NCBI RefSeq assembly: GCF_032062105.1
Contig: NW_026920298.1
Span: 62,001-126,000, forward strand
DNA from: Saccostrea cucullata
Lineage: Eukaryota
Direction: 5' to 3'
Length of the DNA: 64,000 nt
This document shows positions 1 to 11,770 of the stretch, one piece after another. Both the position numbers and the translations under genes were made by a program. The notes below the pieces were generated by a model. The model did not search any database, was not told where the DNA came from, and saw nothing but the letters and a program-made list of their open reading frames with translations. Within the stretch, counting starts at the first letter, position 1. Every line of letters starts with the position of its first letter.

Positions 1-184
1 AAAAATTATAGTGTATTTAGAAAGATTTTGTCACAGGTAATATACATGTTTAATATGAAAGCCCCGTTTCTTAATTTTCATTCAAAAGATATGACCAATG
101 TTAACGTTTTTGTGACGGACGGACAAACTGACAGACAATTGAGATTTAATGTCCCATCTCTTTCGCAAAAGCGGGGGACAAAAG
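1..184 (-). mobile_element. End of a Helentron-type non-autonomous element (HINE/pearl-like)
   Basis: GACG/GACA microsatellite followed by the terminal inverted motif TGTCCC...CGCAAAAGCGGGGGACA and an A-run; runs off the window edge. Confidence 0.6.
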
Positions 185-1781
185 ATGTGTAAAATTTCAA
201 AAACTATTAAATTACATTTAATTTTCAGAGAATAAGCTCCCTGGAGTCGCAAAGAAAGGATTCTTTTGCTTCGGATGGGACCATATATGTAAATAAACCG
301 AGCAGGTCCCAATATCTCAGTCTAGGTCCTGGCACGAACAAGATCTTCCTGATCAGCTGTCATATATAAGTCTAAGTACAGGTCTAAAGAATGAAGGTGA
401 GAATGAAAAATTGAAAATTTCATAAAACTTTTATTTACTAAACCTCAATCAATTTGACGTTCGTCTTAAAATTCATTCAGATCGACTACTCTTTAAAATA
501 TGATGCACCCGTATACGGTGACATCTTATGGCGAACAGCCGAGGTCAAACTCAAATGTTAAATGTTAACAAATCAAAACTGTTAGTATTGTCAAACGGAC
601 TTGTACAATATGAAAGCCTTAGTACTAACGGATATAGTAGTAACGAATCTTTGATAACGCACAGATAAAATTTTAAAATTAATACAAGTTTGGATCTCAT
701 CTATTGTCGTACGTCAAGATCGAATTTGCGACGTAATGAATAAGTTCTTTTCGGCACTCATTTTGAATTTGATGAAACAATTAATGGAGACGCATCCCAT
801 ATAATATATAGGATTAAAAATGCAACACAATTTAACGGTGTTCTCACCCATGCATGTTTCACTTCCGCATCGTAATAACGGTGTGGACGTCTTTAGAGGA
901 ACTACTATTTTTTGTATATAGGATTTTTAAAATCCGTGTGTGTGATACACGTTTCTCAACCTATGTATCACAGTTCGTGAAAATTTTATTATTCAAGCAG
1001 ATGTAATTTTGTAACAAACTACTTTTAACATATAATTATGCATTGCATTTTCAACAAAACCTAAAAACTAACAAAGTGATGTGCTTTACTTTTATGTAAA
1101 AATGCTGTTCAAAGTGAAGTGGTTTACCTCCATAAGAATGCCGTCCCATTATTCAATAGGAGATTTGTTCATTAACTTTTAATTAATCAATATTTCTGTC
1201 AGGTTCACCTTTCCCTGCTGTCACACTGTCAATACGGTTCCTGAATGAGGACTGATAATCAGCCTCTAATTATTATTATTCCAACGTCCACGGATAGATT
1301 ATTCGTAATTAATGTCCTAAAGTTATAAATAATCTTTGGATATGACCACCATGTGGCAAAAAAATCATAAAAATATGCTGTTTGTCGCATGCAAGGCCAT
1401 TTAGGCCTCTTTATGGACATGTGCAACGTACCTTACCGACTGGTAATATTTCAAGATATTCTTAGATTAAGATTTTAATGTCATCAGATGTTCATTGAAA
1501 AAAAAAATCAGCATATGCATTACCAAGGGTTTCAAAGAAAAATATATATAAATTACTAAACATATACTCTACACGTTTCTTTTACCAAAATTGTTCAAGA
1601 AGAAGTGTTCAACACCATAAATATATAGACATTAGAATATAGCACACAATACCTTAAAGAATAAAATTGGAACTCTTCAACTCGATGGAATTAGATAAAC
1701 AAGTTCAAACTGCGAATGTCCTTAATGGTTAAGTGAGATCAATGGAATTTTTCAATGAATGAGTTTTGGGTTATAGATGAA

Positions 1782-2082
1782 AGATCGATTGTATATTGTT
1801 TAACGTCCCTCTCGAGAATTTTTCACTCATATGGAGACTCCACCACTTGCCGGTGGAGAGCTGCAAATTTTGTCCTATATTCGGCACTCAGGGCCATTGA
1901 GCAGGATTGGGGGATCATTTTCGTGCCAGCATACTGCGACACGGGACCTCGGTTTAGACGGTCTCATCCGTAGGACCGGTCTCCACGTCCCACAGTGGGA
2001 TTCGAATCCGCGATGTAAGAATCAACTCCTTACTTGGCGACTCTAGAGCAGACACTCTAACAACTGCGCCACGTGGGCGACT
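1782..2082 (-). mobile_element. tRNA-derived SINE
   Basis: Minus-strand head has A-box TGGCGCAGTTG and B-box GGATTCGAATCC. The body is shared with copies at about 27560, 28190 and 52850. Confidence 0.75.
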
Positions 2083-3046
2083 TTAGTAGAAAGATTCATG
2101 TACACTGTATATATTTTTTTACAAGGTTGTGTTTGTCAGTTCACACTTGAAATCACGTCTGTCCTATTTAAAAAGTCACTATCCAGTTAAAAAAAATTAC
2201 CCTGTTCTTTGAATTCGGCCCGTTTTAAATTCGGCCGACTAAAAGTTGGACAAAAAGGATGAAATAAAACGGGGTATAGATATTTTCCTGTAGAAAGTAA
2301 TACTGGAAGGTATTACATTTTTCAATCTGCTAGACAGATAGAAAAATACCACATAAAATATAATTTGATTTTCAATGTATCCATTATTGAAAGAATAATT
2401 TTAGAGTAACTTTTCAAATACATATATATCGAACAAATTAAGTCAGATCTAGGAACGTCGATTAATAACTAGCTTCATAATTTTAATACCAGTGTTTTAA
2501 TGGTTATAATTTATACCTCTAATTCCAGCTCTTTTTTTAAGGAGGGGGGGTGCGGAGGATGTCTTCCATTGAAATCGGGCTTTAAGGTTAGGTTTGCGAC
2601 TCCCTCCAGGGCCATACATGTATGTATTTATAATTTTTCTTGTAAACGAATAAATGTTCATTAATTATTTTCTTATGTTTAACGCATATAAATAAAAACT
2701 ATGTCATTGTCAAAATACAATGTTCTAGTTGTAAATTCCTTTGAAATTTGTGGAAGAAATAATTATTGTTTTGTCTTTTTTTCCCTGTAACATATGCCCC
2801 CGGCCCCACACTCACCCGACGCAGCTCAAAAAAAAAACGTTGACATGAATTTGTGAAATAACAGTTCATATAATTACCTTTAACAGAGATTTTAATACTT
2901 CACGGAGAGAGAGGGTGGAGGAAGATGTTTTAAAAATATTTTCCGTTTTCATTTGATTTCTGTAGTGAAAAACATTCAAGTTTAGTTATCTCTCTTTGTT
3001 TTCCCAAATAAATAATGTTTTGTGAAAAATCATATACAAGTAATTA

Positions 3047-3620
3047 TCTTAATGGTAATATAACAACCAAGTTTTACAATAAACGTGATTACTTTAACTT
3101 TTCAATTGTCAATTTCCCTTACTTAGGCAGCAATATACCTTTGTCATCTGCATACGGAGTTTATATCTCTCATTTGATTCGATACGCAAGATGCTCTACG
3201 TGATCTATAATTTCTAAAACGAAGTAAATTATTGACTAACAAGTTGATGAAACAAGAATATCAACAGCCTCGTTTAAAGTCATCATTTTGCAAGTTCTAA
3301 CGTCGATAACAAGACCTTGTTAGCAAATATAATTTATCATTTATTCAGAATCAAATGCTGACTGACGTTTTTCATTCTAATTGTTAGACCATTCGTATTT
3401 ACACACTAAAATGCCGACGGATATTCCTGTTATATTTCCTGATCTGGACAAGGAACACACGGCGGGTGTGACCGTCAGCTGGGGATGCTCACTCCTCCAT
3501 GGCACCTGATCCCACCTCCGATGTTTTGGAGATCCGAGTTTGCTCTGCTCTTGATGTGTATTGCTTAATGGACTTTAAATTTGAACTTGAATACTGTTTG
3601 TCATCTCCATATATTTCACT
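3047..3620 (+). mobile_element. Penelope-like retroelement (Naiad-like), 5'-truncated: RT thumb + 3' UTR
   Basis: NGNITTKFYNKRDYFNFSIVNFPYLGSNIPLSSAYGVYISHLIRYAR, then a decayed ORF end and the conserved 3' motif GGCGGGTGTGACC...CTCCTCCATGGCACCTGATCCC. Confidence 0.8.
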
Positions 3621-3884
3621 TTATAAATGTATATGAAAAAAATTGACTTGGAGTTAGGCAAGAGAAAAATACTATCGTTCGCAGTTTTTTGCTTCATTGA
3701 TGAAGGAAGATCGTTAAAAATTGTTTTATTTAGAATCGTGTCATTAATATGTTTTCTTGATACTTGAAATAAAAGGGAGTATAAAGTTTTTAGAACTTTA
3801 TCCGATCCAATTTGTAAAATTCAAAGACAAAAAAAAAAGGTTTAAACTCCCATGCTCCAGTAAGTTATGATTTTTAACATAGAT

Positions 3885-3890
3885 TTTATT
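3885..3890 (-). terminator. Candidate polyadenylation signal (AATAAA) of the mGluR
   Basis: First canonical AATAAA I found on the minus strand after the stop at 5209. A U-rich tract follows about 50 nt downstream (plus-strand A-run near 3829-3838). Confidence 0.4.
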
Positions 3891-4312
3891 TGACAATGTA
3901 CAAATGCTACTCACATATATTATATGAAGCATGTAATACACACATGCAGGTTTAACATCATATATGGATACATGTATTTTAACAACACGAATTTCAGGTG
4001 ATTTGAACTGGATTCAATCTCATCATGTCGATTGTATAACAATGATCAAGAGTATGAAAAGCGGCAACTCGTCTGCAAATTTGCTTGAAAGTACATATTG
4101 AGGGTTTTTTCGCAGATATGCACCGTGTTTTGATGAAAGTAGTCCAAGAATTTTCCCATTTCTCATATCGGAAAACTTTGGACTGAATGTTACTAAAAAC
4201 AAAGTGTCTTTAGTTCATAACTGCAAGCGAAAAATCACAATTCACGATATGGAGTTCAGGCTCGACAGAATAAGAAGTATAGGCATGAATTTAGTAGTGT
4301 ATTCTTACATGT

Positions 4313-4436
4313 ACTCCTCCATAGCACCTGATCCCAATTCTGATGTGTTTTGAGGTCCGTGTCTCCTCAGCTCACGATTTGCATTGCTTGAATGGACGTT
4401 GAGCTTAAATACTGTTCGTTATCTCCATGTTTCATT
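4313..4436 (+). mobile_element. Penelope-like element 3' end fragment
   Basis: ACTCCTCCATAGCACCTGATCCC...TTATCTCCATGTTTCAT matches the family terminus. Confidence 0.7.
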
Positions 4437-4473
4437 GTTCAATATGGACAACAAACAGTATTTTACTGCTTAA

Positions 4474-5027
4474 GGACAGATGGTACAAACAATTTTTTTT
4501 TGGAGGAGACTCATGTCATAAGTTTAGAAAAGTGGCTTATTCTTAAAATTTTTTCTCCTAAGAACTGGAAAATGAAATAGACATGGAAAATATTAGTAAT
4601 GTTTGAATAAAAAAACAAATATGGACAAATCACACTCAGTAAAGGTTTACAGATGAAAACAAATTTCAGAATATGTTGCCTTGGTGCTAAAAGTGTAATA
4701 TAAACTTTTATAAAATATACCAAGCCGGGTGAAATTTATGAGGAAAAACTAAATTGCAAACAATCAGCAATATCACGTAGGCTGATTTTTACCATTTTGC
4801 TTTTCCTCATACAATACACCTGGCTTGGTATATTTTTCTAAAGTTTATATTACACGCTTATAGCACCAAGTAATTTCTTTGAAATTCTAGTATTACTAAT
4901 ATTTTCCAAGTCTATTTCGTTTTCAAGTTCTTAGGAGAAAAAATTCTAAGAATTATCCACTTTTCGAAACCTGTGACATGATAAAAATCTCCTCCAAAGA
5001 AACAAAAAATGTTTGTATCATCTGCCC
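4474..5027. mobile_element. Fold-back MITE with TTAA target duplication (Kolobok-like 5'-RR termini)
   Basis: TTAA|GGACAGATG ... CATCTGCCC|TTAA. The arms are inverted copies over about 240 bp with the centre near 4770-4781. A second copy lies at 40949-41503. Confidence 0.85.
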
Positions 5028-5208
5028 TTAATTAACACCAGTGTCCATGCATGGATATCAATATTTAGCGTTCAAAATTAAAGCAATGAATTTGAAAATG
5101 ATAATGGATAACTTAGGTAAACACGTACATCATCTAATAATGCAATTTAAGGTGAATACGCGAACAAGATGAAATAACTCATAGGAATATACAGTAAAGG
5201 TAACGATG

Positions 5209-5330
5209 TTAGAGGGAATGTAAACTGTCCTGGTCCCCATTTGTGTCCGAAACCGGAACCGGAACTGTCCGAACGCCATGTTTCTCGTCATAGTTCACAT
5301 TCAACTTGATCCTTTCATTTGTGTAACTAT
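5209..5330 (-). CDS. GRM3: mGluR predicted terminal coding exon 4 (distal C-tail, ends ...DTNGDQDSLHSL*)
   Basis: Acceptor TCTTTGACTTTTGCAG|AT at 5331/5330. Phase-1 join gives D-SYTNERIKLNVNYDEKHGVRTVPVPVSDTNGDQDSLHSL-TAA (5211-5209). Locally GC-enriched. Total CDS is 2721 nt = 906 aa, a normal mGluR length. Confidence 0.8.
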
Positions 5331-6002
5331 CTGCAAAAGTCAAAGACACAAAACCATTAAATTCTTAAAGTTTAAATGATGCGCTGCTTTCATGAAATCA
5401 TACTTAATCGTTGAAAACCGCTAATTCCTAAGTTTCTGATTATATAAGATCAACATCCAATTTTGTTAATCATACTAAGTTAAATATACCTGATCGAGAC
5501 CTTCAAGGTGAAGATATATTTTTGGACCAGACATAAAAAGCTTCCAATGACACAACTAGGAAATATTAAAAATCATGTTCACCTGGACCTGACCTTTCAG
5601 GTAAATCAAACATTTAATATTTTCTACATCGGACCAAAATTAGATAAAGAAATCGCAAATTAATAGAACTGGTTATGAGCATTATTACTGATATTTTTTT
5701 CGGAAATATTTCTATAGACATACCTATAAGATCTATTTCGTTTGTTACTCATTTGTCTGACTTTGAAGAAAACGCAGATTTGAAATCTTAGAATAAATAT
5801 TTATCCTGCTTAAGCGAGTGATGCATTCCTGTATGAACTATTTAAAAACAGTCTTATCTTAAACTTTGAGATTGTTTTTTACTTCATGCCACTAGGATAT
5901 TTTAAGAGCACACGTAATTGTTTCAAATCCAGTTTGCTTTTCTAAGGATGAAAAAGTTTTCTTCTTAGATCAATTCTTATGTATTTTTTTTTTGTGGGAA
6001 AT

Positions 6003-6254
6003 AGTCAACTGCATAAAAGTAAACAGTTGAAAGCCATACTATTTACAAAAAAAAAATGATTTATTTCTTTACTTTGGGATACCCATTTCTTATACCACTG
6101 AAGGAAATTAAATGAAACTTTAACAGAAAGTCAACTGCATAAAAGTAAACAGTTGAAAGCCATACTATTTACAAAAAAAAAAAGATTTATTTCTTTACTT
6201 TGGGATACCCATTTCTTATACCACTGAAGGAAATTAAATGAAACTTTAACAGAA
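6003..6254. repeat. Near-perfect tandem duplication, 126-bp unit x2
   Basis: AGTCAACTGCATAAAAG...AACTTTAACAGAA begins at both 6003 and 6129. Confidence 0.9.
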
Positions 6255-9204
6255 AGTGACCTCCTGTTTGACTTTTTGATTGGAGACGTATTTCGGGTTT
6301 CACATTGCAGAACACGGGCACAGCCAATCTTTATATACCCAACTCCTCTTATACAACTGGAATGGTAAGTTAAATGATACTTTCACATGTCTTCATTACA
6401 TAAAGTCATATAGTGCACCTCCTATTTTACTTTTTAATCCGACAATTTTTGGGGTTTCCTACATGTATACCAAACATGGACTTTTCCATATGCATGGGAT
6501 GCGGGTATCATTTGATGAGTCCAGTGCTCACAACACCTCTAGTTTAAACAATTATATAATCTGACACTTATTAAGAGTCAAAATCAGCAAGCATCGAGCA
6601 TTTAGTTAAAAAATGTGGAAAGTGGCATAGAAACAGATTTGGTTGAAACTCATATATAAATTTTCAGAACAAAAGGTATAATAGAAAAAAGCAAGCCAAA
6701 AATAATTTTTCGCATTGTTGCTATGGAAACCACGCGCCTTTCAAATAGCATGTTTTGTACTTTATCATGACACTTGAATTTATGGTTAAACAAATATTTT
6801 TTATTACTAGTCATTAATAAAAGCTTTTTAAATTATTATTCTATTTATCTAAAAATACTCTATTTTAACAACTGTTGATTATTGAAATTCTCTTCACCTT
6901 TTGATAAATAAAACTAGTTTTTGGAGGTTTATTTTGATTTAAAAAACAGCAAATTTGCAGTAATCTATAAGAAATCTACAACCACATTAAAGCTTATCAA
7001 CATAAAATATATATTAAACAGTATTTGTCCTAGAAGAATCAAGAAAAAAATCTGCAGGCAACTAAAGCATTTATATATGATAACTGATTTAAATCCATAA
7101 TTATCTGTCTTTTTTGCTTCAAATTACCTCCCTTTGGTATAGCTCTCTAACATAGGAGGAATAAACGGTAGTTTGCTTACATTGTTTTCAATAACAGTGT
7201 ACAGAAGACTAGAAGAAAATTACAAACTTGGAGCAGTCTGAGCCTCAGTTTTGGCGTTTTCATGAGTCTTGATTACGGTTAGTGACTGAATTTTTTACAA
7301 TTTACCATTACAACAGTTTCTGAAAAATGTATAACAAAAATTAACCATGCAGGAAAATATGTAACACTTGGCAAGTGTTTTTTTGCACATTTCAATTTAA
7401 TTCTGATTGATTATATATGTTAGCATTACTTTAGTATTTTATAGTATTTTATAACTAAAAAGAAAAGATTATGCATGGCCTGAGGAACCAAGAGGAGGGG
7501 GTATGCCCCTCCCCCTCCCCGATAATATTGCCGATATTAAACTAGAATATGATAAAATGAAATTAAATTCCCCAACTTAGATTGTTTCTGCGGGCCGAAC
7601 GTGAAAAAGTTGGTCATGATCAGTTTCATAACTGTATCCCAAATTATAAAGTTTAATTTGAATTTAGTTTAATTTTGATTTGTTGTATTCACAGCATGTG
7701 TGTAACCAAGTCACTCACCAGCTATAATGATTATAACTTGAGTGATGGTCGGGTAAAAAAAAATTCTGTATATAGTAATAGATATCTTTATTTACCATTT
7801 AAGATAATACCTGCTTTTTACATTAAAAGTTATGAATTTATGAAAATCAACACTATTATGAAATATTTGTAAAATGGAATGACTTTTGTTATGACGTCGT
7901 AAAAAAAGAAAAAGGGGCAGGGGGTTAACTCTGTACTTATTATATTTTAGTTTAGGAAAGGGGATTACCTTGGAAGTATTGTGATACAGACAAGTATATA
8001 ATGTAGTGGACTAGTTGTAACTGAATTGTATATATACCACAGTAAAATAATAAATTAAAAAAAAGGTTTTTGCTGATGTCATCCAGTGTTTACTTATGAA
8101 AGAAAATTCATATTCAGCTAACATTTTCACCGGTACCACTGAACTAATTTAAGTCAACTAGGTTCAAATAATAAGCATCATTAGAATTACAGCACATAAA
8201 TTTTTGAAAAGAATTTCTATACTATTTTTTCTTGGAGGGGGGGGGGGTTATTGGAAAGAAATGAAAACCACAATTTAGAGTTTTTACAAAACCTAGAACC
8301 AATTGACCTTTTTATTACAATTTTATAAATTTAAAGAATATTTAAATCAATACCGTCTCAACTTTGTATTGTATACTTCTGTTTTTAGAATGAAATTCGC
8401 CACTTTGAAGCCAGACTCGGAAAGAAGCAGAAACAGAATTGGATGAGCTGATATAGAATTAGACAGGAAAAACGTGTAAATAATACTTTTAGTAAAAACG
8501 TTAACTTTTTAAAATACAATGATAAAGTAAACCATTGAGATCTCTTGGAATTTAATTGATTCCAATAAACATGCTTTGCATTCATCATCATTGCTCAAGC
8601 TCAACTAGAAATGGTTCTTAGTAAGTATCTGAATACAAAGCTGTATAATATTATTACATTTTAATTTTATCACTTTTTCAGATTATCATTATGAGAATAC
8701 TTCATTACAGTACAGACCATTGATGCTGGAAGTGAGTGGATAGTGTTACCGGAGACTCAGGAATCCAGAAAATAGATCCATAAATTGTACAGTGTATTCA
8801 TGAAAGTGGATCAAATAAAAATGTTCAATCCAAAAGTAACATTCTTTGTTTGTCTGTTAGCATTTTTTTATTGATGTAAATCTAACAAGCTAATTCAGAG
8901 AATTTGTGTACCCCGCTTAGGGAAAAAGTAAACCATGCGCAATTCGGGGCGGGGTGGGGGTGGGGGGGGGGGGGGGGTCGGATCCCCCTAATTGAATTTG
9001 TAGAATTTTTAAATGTATACATGTATGCTGAAACAAATAAAATATGTCAATATTGATATAATGTTTTGATCATGTGTATAGAAGATTCTTTTTATGTGGA
9101 TTATTTATCATGAGTTTGTACAAGCTAGACCTCATAATTTTTTTCATTTCACATGCTGAATACTATCATTTAGTAAAAAAAAAGAATTTCGGAAAAGAAA
9201 AAAA

Positions 9205-9274
9205 TGATCGTCCGAGAATCGAGCCCGTGACCTCTCGCATGTGAAGCGGGAGACATACCACTGCGCCACGGAAC
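9205..9274 (-). pseudogene. tRNA-Val(CAC)-derived sequence followed by a T7 run
   Basis: Minus strand GTTCCGTGGCGCAGTGGTATGTCTCCCGCTTCACATGCGAGAGGTCACGGGCTCGATTCTCGG resembles tRNA-Val. A-box intact, anticodon CAC at 9243-9241, B-box variant GGCTCGA, acceptor stem broken. Confidence 0.6.
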
Positions 9275-9504
9275 TGCTTTACAATTTCGACAATTATATG
9301 CAAATATGAAGTCACATACATGGATATATTCACTTTTGATATCGTCAAAAATTTACACAAAACATGGTGTCTAATTCAACCTTTATTAAACAGTTCTGGT
9401 AGATGTGATAGGAATATAAATTCTGAGGAGAACCTGTTTTATACGCAATAACTCCTCATGCCCCTGTGCTAAAAATAGCGACATGTAATACTATAAATAC
9501 TAAT

Positions 9505-9985
9505 AAAACAAACGGGGCGGGACACTTTGAGAGAGGTCCTAGGGAATTTTGGTATAAAATACATTGCATAAGCTCAAAATCTTCTTGAAATATCGCCCGG
9601 AAATGATAGTGTTACACACAGAGAGAATGTATAAATTTACGACCTTTAACTTTGACCTTTTGACGTCAAAATCAATAGGGGTCTTCATAAGGCCACGGGG
9701 AGTTGTTATGTAAAATTTCATTGCAATAGCTCAAATGGTTCTAGAGATACTGTGTGGAAAGGAAAGTGTTATAACAGACAGAATTTGTTTATTTATGACC
9801 TTGACCTTTGACTTTTTGACCACAAAATCAATAGAGTTCTTCTTTAGTCCATAGGGAGTAACTGTTGCTATGCTTAATTTCATTGCAAAAGCTAAGAGGG
9901 TTCTCGAGATATCTTGTGGAAACGAAAGCGTTCAAGACAGACAGAAAGACGGACGGACGGAAGGACAAACGGACAAACTCGGGAG
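9505..9985. mobile_element. Helentron-type non-autonomous element remnant nested in the TIR element
   Basis: Repeated GACCTTGACCTTTGAC units and an ACAG/ACGG microsatellite. A similar remnant lies at about 10390-10770. Confidence 0.55.
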
Positions 9986-11770
9986 GGGTGTGTGGTTAAA
10001 CATTAGGGTACGTTGAGAAAAAAGTTGGGTGGGGGATGTCATCCCCCCTACCCAACCCAAACCTGATGCTACATGCCTGATTGACATGGTTTTACTTTAT
10101 AATTATGTGAGCTGTCATAGTGACTCTCTTTCATAAACAAGAATTATTGTGAGCAAGCTAATAAAATGATACCAACCCTCCTGCTATTGCATTAAATGTT
10201 TTTTTATTACAAAAAAGTCTAAATACTAATTTGAAACCTTTTAAAATTTTGCTAGTGCAGATATACCAAAAATGTCTATGACAAATACTCAAGTCATAGG
10301 TAGTAAAACCGTTGTGTTGAGCACAAACTTCCAATTTCCCTTCATTCGAAGTTAAATATGTAAATATGCCAAACTCATATAGTACACTTTTACTGCAGTG
10401 ACCTTGAAAAAGCTATGTCCTTGAGTCAAGGGCAAACATGTTCAAATGAATTTTGGTCAAGGTCATGACAAACCTACAGCTTAAAAATAATTCCCAAGAT
10501 GAAACCAAGTCTTTTCATTAGAATGTTACAGAAAGGGCAAAGGTTGCACTTTTCTTCTACCAATGACCTTGAACTTGTTCAAATGACCTTTAGTCAAGTT
10601 TTTGACACATCTCTCGATTGCAAGCAATCTTAATATCAAGTATGAACTTTCAGTGGCACTTCATTGAAATGTTATGGACAAGTCAAAATTTTACATACAT
10701 ATGGATCAGTGAACAAGGTGATTCCTACCCCCCCCCCCCTTTTCCAAGTTTCGTTTGTGAGGAATATAAAATTCCTTTTGAAATTGAATGTGCATTTATT
10801 TATTAACAATGGTAAAGTTATGAGTATGCTTTGATCAGAACCAATATGGCCAATATAATGGACACTGAACATGTATTTAAATTACCCCCACCCCTTCAAA
10901 AAAGCTTATAAATGCCAGATTTTCACACATTTTAACCATTTGTAACTTTTTTCTATTAAAGTTGCCTGCAAATTTTATTGTATAAATATGACATATAGAT
11001 AACCCCTAACAAGATCATACCATTCATTTTTCCAGCAGTGGTTGTAGATTTTGTGAATATAGTGATAAACATATGTAACTTTTTTCAAAATTAATAAGCA
11101 TTGACGCCATGTTCTTTTCCCGTTGTCATGGCAACAATATCACTACAGAAATTTTGTTTTTCCTATTTTTGGAGAATAAAGTAATTCCATCTTTTAACAA
11201 ATAAAGTAACCAAAATACCTTATCTTATCACGTTCAGAAAAAATATTCGTAGAAAAATGTCTAAAAATCATTGATTTTCATAAGGATTTATGAACCCGTT
11301 GCTAAGGAAATGAATTTCCGTGGATACCTTCGAAAAAAATTTTAATTGTGTTTTAGCATTAGGTAAGACAAAATCTTTCATATACCAAAAGCTTTTGAAA
11401 AAATAAAATTTTGACTTTCCATTCAATGCTCGATGCTTGCTGATTTTGACTCTTAAGTATTTTGGGTCTCTTATAGCAAAACAAGGACTTTGCCATTATA
11501 ATCATACGGGAGGCAAGGGTACTGATACTTTCTCGGGTTCTTTATTACATAAATTCATATTGTGAAGCTCCTATTTTACTCGTAGTCCGGTGCCCAAAGT
11601 ACATTTAGGCAAAACAATTATTACTAATATTTTTTCAGGCATATTTCTATAGACATAGATTTTCAATCTATTTCCTTTATCACTCATTTGCCTGAATTTT
11701 AAGAAAACGCAGATTTGAAATCTCAGAATAAATATTTATCCTGCTTAAGAAAGTGATGCATTGCTGCATG

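Larger units (their letters stand above)
6575..11452. mobile_element. 4.9-kb non-autonomous TIR DNA transposon, TTAA TSD (Kolobok-like)
   Basis: Perfect 28-bp TIR GAGTCAAAATCAGCAAGCATCGAGCATT at 6575-6602 and its reverse complement at 11425-11452, each flanked by TTAA. No transposase ORF inside. Confidence 0.88.

Noticed and set aside
8945-8978. G-runs as functional G-quadruplexes (also about 30973-30993)
   Set aside because: They lie in G-rich ends of decayed repeat remnants, with no evidence of function.
9205-9274. Functional tRNA-Val gene
   Set aside because: The acceptor stem does not pair and the T-loop GTTC is mutated.
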